From an uncultured Acidimicrobiaceae bacterium (GTDB lineage Bacteria; Actinomycetota; Acidimicrobiia; Spongiisociales; ZC4RG35): a stretch of 64,000 nucleotides of DNA. Position 1 is the first letter of the stretch, and each line of letters opens with the position of its first letter. Below the pieces are notes generated by a model. The model was not told the DNA's origin, made no database searches, and worked only from the letters and a program-made list of their open reading frames with translations. Where the stretch lies: the NCBI GenBank assembly GCA_964653975.1, contig CAZZIG010000070.1, positions 3,198 through 67,197 on the forward strand. The letters are read 5' to 3'. Shown piece by piece: positions 57,767 through 64,000 of the stretch. The translations under genes were made by a program, and so were the position numbers.

Positions 57767-58311
57767 TCTGGGATCCAGCCCTCCAGCGGTATCCCGAGAC
57801 CGTCGGCGATCCGGTTGGCGTATGCGAAGTAGCCGACCACCTCCACGATGTGGAGGATGTCGAGGTCGCCGAATCCCGCCTGGCGCAGTGCGACCACGTC
57901 CCCTTCCTCGACCTCGGCCGGGGCCCGGGTCAGTTTCGAGGCGTAACGCAACATCGTCTTCCGCTTCTCGCTGATACCGGCAGTCTCGAAATCGGAGACG
58001 ATCGCCTCGGCCAGATCGTCGTCACGGAGGAGACGGCGCAGACCGCGCCGGTGATGGGTCACTCAGTAGTGACACTCGTTGATCTGTGACACCACCACGG
58101 CGATCATCTCCCGGTCCACCTTGCGCAGTGACTTCGTGCCCTTCATCGCCTGGCGGTACAAGATGTCGTGGGCCGAGAGGCTGCCGGCATCGAGAGCGTG
58201 GATGCGCATGATCCAATCCACACGGTCGTAGTTGGGATCGGTCACCCGAGGCTTGAGATCATCGAACTCCGGGCCCCAATCGTCCTCATGGGGCGCTTCG
58301 ATCCATGGCAT
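57763..58311 (-). CDS. carboxymuconolactone decarboxylase / AhpD-like peroxidase-related family protein with an in-frame TGA at the second active-site Cys (candidate selenoprotein, C-H-Y-U motif)
   Basis: Track ORFs 58063..58311 and 57763..58062 are contiguous in one frame, separated only by TGA (58063-58065): …AVVVSQINECHY-TGA-VTHHRRGL…, matching the family motif …EINGCxYCVxxH… with TGA in place of the second Cys. The C-terminus …GYFAYANRIADGLGIPLEGW matches the family's …NYFNRVAGTEIDFP. Confidence 0.6.
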
Positions 58312-58324
58312 CGGGTGAAGATAC

Positions 58325-59596
58325 CTAGCCGATATCGCGAGCGAGCAGGTCGTCGTAGGTCTCCCGTCGGATCACCTGACGGACCTGACCGTCTTTGACG
58401 AAGACCACCGGTGGACGCAGCACCATGTTGTAGTTTGAGCCCATCGAATGCCCGTAGGCGCCGGTGACCGGTGTGGCGAGGGTGTCATCGAGACGAAGAT
58501 CGGCGGGGACCTTGCCTTCCCACACGATCACGTCACCCGACTCGCAGTGTTTCCCCACGAGCCGGATCTCCCGGTCTCGGTCCGAGGTCGTCGCCCGGGG
58601 GAGAAAGACCTCGTAGCCGCTGCCGTAGAGCACCGGTCGAGGGTTGTCGCTCATCCCACCGTCCACCGAGACGTAAGTGCGGACCCCCGGTATCTCCTTG
58701 ATGGTCCCTGCCGTGTAGAGGGTTATGGCCGACCGGGCCACGATGGCTCGTCCTGGCTCAGCCGTGATCCGCTGGCTGATCCCGGCCGACTCTGCCGCGG
58801 CCCGGATCGTCTCTCCCCATTCGGTGATCGTCGGGGCAGTCTCACCTTCGACGTACGGGACACCCAACCCTCCCCCTATCGACAACTCGGTCACGTCGAT
58901 CGGCGCCACGAATCCGGCCAGGGTCTCGACGGCTTTCGAGAAGGAGGAGACATCGAAGACCTGACTCCCGACGTGGGCGTGGATGCCGACGAGTTCGAGG
59001 GCGTCCGCCGCCTCGATGCGTTCGACGGCGGCTGCGGCCAATCCGCCCGCTATCGAGACACCGAACTTCGAGTCGGTGGCACCGGTTTGGAGAAAGTCGT
59101 GGGTGTGCGCCTCGATCCCGGGGTTGATGCGGAGCATGACTCTCGCTCCCTTCGAACGATGCTGAAGCACCTCCTCGAGTCTGTCGATCTCCGGCACCGA
59201 GTCGATGACGATCCGGCCCACCCCGTCCTCGACAGCGGTGGCGAGCTCCCGGGTCGACTTGTTGTTGCCGTGGAAGATCAACCTCTCCGCGGGGACTCCG
59301 GCAGCCAGGGCCACATGGATCTCGCCACCGGTGGAGACGTCGAGATCCATGCCCTCCTCGACTGCCAACCTCGCCATCGCTGTGCAGAGGAAGGCCTTGG
59401 TTGCGTAGGCCACCCCGTCGGGGAAAGCAGCCACTGCCTCCCGACAGCGGGAACGGATGTGATCCTCGTCGTATACGAAGAGCGGGGTGCCGTATTCGGT
59501 GGCCAGGTCGATGACGTCGCAACCCGCCACCATGAGCCGACCACCGGCATCGGTGGAGGCGTTGTCGGGCAGCAGACTCCAGGGAAGAACGCTCAT
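58325..59596 (-). CDS. lysA: diaminopimelate decarboxylase
   Basis: …AYATKAFLCTAMARLAVEEG (PLP Lys) …GGGLGVPY…CESGDV… are LysA signatures. Confidence 0.88.
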   Translation of the reverse strand: MSVLPWSLLPDNASTDAGGRLMVAGCDVIDLATEYGTPLFVYDEDHIRSRCREAVAAFPDGVAYATKAFLCTAMARLAVEEGMDLDVSTGGEIHVALAAGVPAERLIFHGNNKSTRELATAVEDGVGRIVIDSVPEIDRLEEVLQHRSKGARVMLRINPGIEAHTHDFLQTGATDSKFGVSIAGGLAAAAVERIEAADALELVGIHAHVGSQVFDVSSFSKAVETLAGFVAPIDVTELSIGGGLGVPYVEGETAPTITEWGETIRAAAESAGISQRITAEPGRAIVARSAITLYTAGTIKEIPGVRTYVSVDGGMSDNPRPVLYGSGYEVFLPRATTSDRDREIRLVGKHCESGDVIVWEGKVPADLRLDDTLATPVTGAYGHSMGSNYNMVLRPPVVFVKDGQVRQVIRRETYDDLLARDIG

Positions 59597-59689
59597 CAGC
59601 GTGGAGATGGTGCCACACCGCGAACCCCGGGTTGCACACGTCGCTCAGCGGTGTCTGGAACCCTGGGTTCGAGAATGCCGCCCGAAGAT

Positions 59690-60454
59690 CTAATTGCTGA
59701 AGGTGACCGAGAACGCCGGGGCCCAGCGGGTGACCACTCGGCCGTAGCACTCCCCGGCTCGCATCATGTCCCCGGCCTCGAGGGCGTCGAGTGACTCCTT
59801 GACCTGCTCGCACGAGTCATCGAGGACCAGTTCCTTCGGGTCGAAGAGCTCGGAAACTGACCCATAGTCGAGCTCCAGCATCGACCCTTCGGGAAAGGGC
59901 TCCAGCCATGCGAGCACCTGGCTCAACTCCTCAGCAGGACCGACGAAAACCGCCAACTTCGTGAGGATCTCATATGCCCTCCTCACCCGTCGCCGGGCCT
60001 CGTCGATGTCGGTCCGGAACCTGAGACGGGGTCCTTCGGGTCCCTCGTAGATCTCCTTCTCCGAGGGCTCGAACGCCGAAAACCACCGCACCGGGACATG
60101 CCAAGCCGAGGTGAGGATGTGAGACCGGTGTTCGGGGTGGTTCCGGTGATAGGCCTTCAATTCTCGGTCGGCAGCCTGGGCGGCACCCTCGGGGATCAAC
60201 CCCGCGCCGAGACCGCGAAATGCGTTGGCAAAGGCGACCGTGGACTCCAGGACACGCAACCGCAGATTGCGGGGACAGACCAGCCGACGCCCCTCCCACT
60301 CGACCGTCCAGTGGCTATCACCCTCGTCTTCGGAGAGGATGCCATAGGTGCGGACGAAGCCGGGCACAGGGTCGCTGGAGCCGGAGACTTCCGGCGAGTA
60401 CACCCTCAGGAAAGCCGATTTCGTCACCCGACCATCCTTGCACATGAGACTCAC
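59690..60454 (-). CDS. conserved hypothetical protein
   Basis: 254-aa ORF with protein-like composition; no family recognised. Confidence 0.4.
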   Translation of the reverse strand: MSLMCKDGRVTKSAFLRVYSPEVSGSSDPVPGFVRTYGILSEDEGDSHWTVEWEGRRLVCPRNLRLRVLESTVAFANAFRGLGAGLIPEGAAQAADRELKAYHRNHPEHRSHILTSAWHVPVRWFSAFEPSEKEIYEGPEGPRLRFRTDIDEARRRVRRAYEILTKLAVFVGPAEELSQVLAWLEPFPEGSMLELDYGSVSELFDPKELVLDDSCEQVKESLDALEAGDMMRAGECYGRVVTRWAPAFSVTFSN

Positions 60455-60532
60455 AAACTGCCCGGGGCGCTTTGTGCGAAGCGCCGGTAAGATCCAAAGT
60501 CACCCCGTTCGAGATTCGAGGAGGTCAGAACC

Positions 60533-61615
60533 TTGGGTGTATTCGACGTCGTAGCAAAGGAGGGCTATGAGCAGATCCTTTACGGCTACGACGATGTATC
60601 TGGCCTCAAGGCGATTATCGCCATACACAGCACGGCATTGGGTCCCGCTCTAGGCGGGACTCGTTTTTTTCCGTACGAATCCGAGGAGGATGCGCTCCAC
60701 GACGTCCTCCGACTCGCCAAGGGCATGACCTACAAGGCGGCGGCCGCCGGGCTCGACCTCGGTGGTGGGAAAGCGGTGATCATCGGCGACCCGCGTGAGG
60801 ACAAGAGCGAACGTCTCTTCCGCGCCTACGGCCGCATCGTCGACTCGCTGCAAGGCCGCTACATAACCGCCGAGGATGTCGGGACGACCACCAACGACAT
60901 GGACATCGTCCGGAGAGAGACGAGGTGGGCACTGGGGAGTTCCGTGGCGTTGGGTGGATCGGGCGACCCGTCCCCGGTCACGGCGCGCGGGCTCTATGCC
61001 GCCACCCGGGCGGTGGCACAGAAGCTGTGGGGCGACACCGACCTCGCCGGTCGCCGCTTCGCCGTCCAAGGCGTGGGCAAGGTGGGCACGGCGTTCGTGC
61101 AACTACTCGTCGAGCATCGGGCAGAGGTCGTGGTCACCGATGCCTACGAACGCGCCATCGAGTCGGCGGTGGAGACGTATGGGGTCAAGCCCGTCGACCC
61201 CGACGAGATCTACGAGGTCGACTGTGACTTCTTCTCGCCATGTGCACTCGGAGCAGGTTTGAACGAGACGACCATCCCACAGCTGGGCTGTCGGGCCATC
61301 GTAGGCAGTGCCAACAATCAACTGGCCACGGACGAAGACGCCGACCGCCTGGCCGCTCGGGGCATCCTCTACGCCCCGGACTTCGTCGTCAACGCCGGTG
61401 GCTTGATCAACGTCTACGACGAGCTCAACGGGTATTCGAAGACCCGGGCGATGCACCGGGTCGACTCGATCTTCGACGCCACTCTCAAGATCCTCGAGAC
61501 GGCCGAGGAACACGGGATCAACCCGAATCAGGCTGCGTTGAAGGTGGCCGACGACCGCATCAGGGACATTGGCGATCTGCGCAGGTTCCGCCGCAGTGGC
61601 GAGGACAGGAACTGA
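60533..61615 (+). CDS. Glu/Leu/Phe/Val dehydrogenase family: leucine/valine dehydrogenase-like
   Basis: …AIHSTALGPALGGTRFFPYESEEDALHDVLRLAKGMTYKAAAAGLDLGGGKAVIIGDP… (catalytic Lys box) …AVQGVGKVG…. Confidence 0.85.
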   Translation: MGVFDVVAKEGYEQILYGYDDVSGLKAIIAIHSTALGPALGGTRFFPYESEEDALHDVLRLAKGMTYKAAAAGLDLGGGKAVIIGDPREDKSERLFRAYGRIVDSLQGRYITAEDVGTTTNDMDIVRRETRWALGSSVALGGSGDPSPVTARGLYAATRAVAQKLWGDTDLAGRRFAVQGVGKVGTAFVQLLVEHRAEVVVTDAYERAIESAVETYGVKPVDPDEIYEVDCDFFSPCALGAGLNETTIPQLGCRAIVGSANNQLATDEDADRLAARGILYAPDFVVNAGGLINVYDELNGYSKTRAMHRVDSIFDATLKILETAEEHGINPNQAALKVADDRIRDIGDLRRFRRSGEDRN

Positions 61616-61635
61616 GAGTGATCCACACCGAGGAG

Positions 61636-63645
61636 ATGCCAAAGCACCGCAGCCTCGGGCTCACCGACGAGGAGATCGTCGAGATGTACCGGCTGATGCT
61701 GCTCACCCGGCGGGTCGACGACCGGATGTTCGCCCTGCAACGCCAGGGGCGCGCCGCCTTCGTCCTCGGCTCGTCCGGACACGAAGCGATCCAGGTGGCC
61801 TCGGTGTTCGCCCTGGACAAGGAGAGGGATTGGGTCCTCCCCTACTACCGGGACATGGGAGTGGGGCTCGCCTGGGGCTTCACTCCGCTCGAGATCTTCC
61901 TCGCCGTCTTCGCCAAGAAGGACGACGTCTCCTCTGGGGGGCGACAGCTCCCCAGTCATTGGTCCGACCCCGCCCGCCGTGTCTTCACCCAGTCTTCGGT
62001 CATCGGGACCCAGTTTCCCCACGCCGCCGGTATCGCTCACGGTCTCAAGCTGCGAGACCAGGGAGAGATCGCGGTCGTCTACGGAGGGGAGGGCGCCACC
62101 TCCGAGGGTGACTGGCACGAGGCGATGAACTGGGCCGGCATCCACGATCTACCCCTCATCTGTGTCATCGAGAACAACCACTACGCCATCTCGGTCCCCA
62201 CGGAGGAGGAGGTGGCGGGGAGCGTCGCCGACCGCGCCGCCGGATACGGGTTCCCGGGCCACAAGATCGATGGCAACGACCCTTTCCAGGTCCTGGAGAC
62301 GATGCAGACGGCCGTGGAGCGGGCCCGTTCCGGCGAAGGACCCACCATCATCGAGGCCGAGACCTACCGCTACTACGCCCACACCTCAGACGACAACGAT
62401 GCCCTCTACCGGTCCCGGGACGAGGTGGAACGGTGGCGCAAGAAGGACCCCCTGGGACGACTCGAGCAGTACCTCATCGAAAACCGGCTCCTCACCGAGG
62501 CCCAGGAGCGGGACCTCGACGACGGAGTCGTCGAGGTCCTGGCGCGGGCGGTCGAAGAGGCCGAGGCGGCACCAAATCCCGACGAGCCGACCACCAGGGT
62601 CTACGCCCGAGTGATCACCCCCGGGCCTGCAGCGACCACTCCCGAGCCTGCACCCCAGGGGGAACAGGTCAACCTGATCACGGCGATCAACAGGACACTC
62701 CACGAGATCTTCGCGGCTCACGATGACGCCATCCTCTTCGGTCAGGACGTGGCACGACGCAAGGGAGGGGTATTCAAGGCGACCGAGGGGCTGACAGACC
62801 GTTTTGGCCCCGAACGCTGCTTCAACGCACCGATCGCCGAGTCGTCGATCGTGGGATGTGCCATCGGGATGGCAGCGACCGGCTACCGGGTCCTGCCCGA
62901 GATCCAGTTCGCCGATTACATCCATCCCGCTTTCGACCAGATCGTCTCCGAGGCCGCCCGGGTGAGTTATCGCTCCGACGGTCGTTGGAACGTGCCGATC
63001 GTGATCCGCACTCCTTTCGGGGCGGGGATCCACGGCGCCCAATATCACTCCCAGTCGGTGGAGTCGTTCTACGCCCACGTGCCCGGTCTCAAAGTCGTGG
63101 TGCCTTCCACCCCGGCCGACGTCAAAGGGCTTCTCCACACCGCGTTCGAAGACCCCGACCCGGTCATGTTCCTCGAGCCCAAGAAGCTCTATCGACTGGC
63201 CAAAGGCCCCTACCCCGAAGGTGAGCACCGGGTGCCGTTGGGCAAGGCCGCCATCCGCCATTCTGGACGTGATCTGACCATGATCGCCTACGGCGCAATG
63301 GCCCACTTCGTCATGGAGGCGGTCCCCCTGCTCGAGGAGCTGGGGATCAACCCGGAGGTGATCGATCTTCGCTCTTTGAAGCCCCTCGATTGGCCCACCA
63401 TCGAGGAGTCGATCAAGAAGACCTCACGGGCCCTGATCATCCACGAGGACAACGAGTTCGTCGGCTACGGCGCCGAGATCGCGGCACAGATCGCCGACAA
63501 GACCTTCGAGTGGCTCGACGCCCCGGTGAAGCGTTACGGGCTTCCCGACGTCCCGATCATGCCCTACGCCGGGTCGTTGGAGAACGCCCTCTACCCAACC
63601 CCGGAATCGATCGTGGAGCGTGCCCAGGAGCTCGCCAAGTACTGA
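61636..63645 (+). CDS. fused E1 alpha+beta component of a 2-oxoacid (branched-chain keto-acid / pyruvate-type) dehydrogenase
   Basis: The alpha part with TPP motif (…GEGATSEGDWHEAMNWAGIHDLPLICVIENNHYAIS…) and the beta part (…FNAPIAESSIVGCAIGMAATGYRVLPEIQFADY…) are in one polypeptide. The start could instead be the GTG at 61618; the track ORF from 61240 is an over-extension. Confidence 0.82.
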   Translation: MPKHRSLGLTDEEIVEMYRLMLLTRRVDDRMFALQRQGRAAFVLGSSGHEAIQVASVFALDKERDWVLPYYRDMGVGLAWGFTPLEIFLAVFAKKDDVSSGGRQLPSHWSDPARRVFTQSSVIGTQFPHAAGIAHGLKLRDQGEIAVVYGGEGATSEGDWHEAMNWAGIHDLPLICVIENNHYAISVPTEEEVAGSVADRAAGYGFPGHKIDGNDPFQVLETMQTAVERARSGEGPTIIEAETYRYYAHTSDDNDALYRSRDEVERWRKKDPLGRLEQYLIENRLLTEAQERDLDDGVVEVLARAVEEAEAAPNPDEPTTRVYARVITPGPAATTPEPAPQGEQVNLITAINRTLHEIFAAHDDAILFGQDVARRKGGVFKATEGLTDRFGPERCFNAPIAESSIVGCAIGMAATGYRVLPEIQFADYIHPAFDQIVSEAARVSYRSDGRWNVPIVIRTPFGAGIHGAQYHSQSVESFYAHVPGLKVVVPSTPADVKGLLHTAFEDPDPVMFLEPKKLYRLAKGPYPEGEHRVPLGKAAIRHSGRDLTMIAYGAMAHFVMEAVPLLEELGINPEVIDLRSLKPLDWPTIEESIKKTSRALIIHEDNEFVGYGAEIAAQIADKTFEWLDAPVKRYGLPDVPIMPYAGSLENALYPTPESIVERAQELAKY

Positions 63646-63651
63646 TTGCGG

Positions 63652-64000
63652 TCAGCCCCTCTCGACTCGACGGGCCAGCTTCTCCAGAGACATCGTCCAC
63701 CCCATTTCGTTGGCCTCCGGGCTGACGCCTGGGGGCAGGTTCTCGTGGATGCCCGTGAGCACCGTGGCACCGTCGCCGTCCTCGGAGAGCGAATAGGTGA
63801 CTGTCATCTCCCCCGACACATCGGGATCCTCGGTCTCGAACTCGATGACCTGGACCACCTCACGTGCAGGAACCAGCTTCACGAAGCGTCCTTCGAAGGT
63901 GTCGGTGCTCCCCTCCGTCTTTCCGTCGAGGGTGGGGTCGTCATAGGTGAGTGAGATACGGAATCTGCCTCCCTCCGACGCCTCGAAGCCGTGCACCCGG
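63652..64000 (-). CDS. SRPBCC/AHSA1-like protein; partial, the N-terminus lies beyond the window end
   Basis: C-terminal 114 aa (…RFRISLTYDDPTLDGKTEGSTDTFEGRFVKLVPAREVVQV…) with stop at 63652. Confidence 0.5.
   Translation of the reverse strand, partial: RVHGFEASEGGRFRISLTYDDPTLDGKTEGSTDTFEGRFVKLVPAREVVQVIEFETEDPDVSGEMTVTYSLSEDGDGATVLTGIHENLPPGVSPEANEMGWTMSLEKLARRVERG

Noticed and set aside
1-64000. CRISPR arrays, integrase/transposase genes, restriction-modification or other canonical defence systems
   Set aside because: No regularly spaced direct repeats and no recombinase, nuclease-helicase or DNA-methyltransferase motifs were found; both methyltransferases present are small-molecule/rRNA types.

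Overview
High-GC (probably actinobacterial) chromosomal window, densely coding on both strands and mostly housekeeping or accessory metabolism. Recognisable genes include the pntAA-pntAB-pntB transhydrogenase operon (pntB runs off the 5' edge), a PAS-PAS class III adenylate cyclase, a TetR + ABC-2 exporter, a class V aminotransferase translationally coupled to a small Toprim-like protein, an ABC exporter + NarL/DesK-type two-component module, a heliorhodopsin-like 7TM protein downstream of a STAS/GAF-ANTAR regulatory module, an EctC-like cupin / FAD oxidase / GNAT trio, adjacent tRNA-Asp and tRNA-Phe genes followed by a lower-GC stretch of decayed genes, a JmjC/cupin-4 oxygenase, a P1B-5-type ATPase with a C-terminal hemerythrin domain, many small regulator/efflux pairs (ArsR, AraC, LuxR, LysR, ECF sigma/anti-sigma), a catabolic cluster (AtuA, two ACADs, SDR, BBE-like oxidase, GGCT-GNAT fusion), lysA, Leu/Val dehydrogenase and a fused BCKDH E1 alpha/beta. 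No CRISPR array, integrase or transposase was recognised. The most notable candidates are a carboxymuconolactone-decarboxylase (AhpD-like) gene with an in-frame TGA exactly at the conserved second catalytic Cys plus a SECIS-like hairpin (putative selenoprotein), the heliorhodopsin neighbourhood, and a cluster of nested perfect palindromes between the cyclase and TetR genes.
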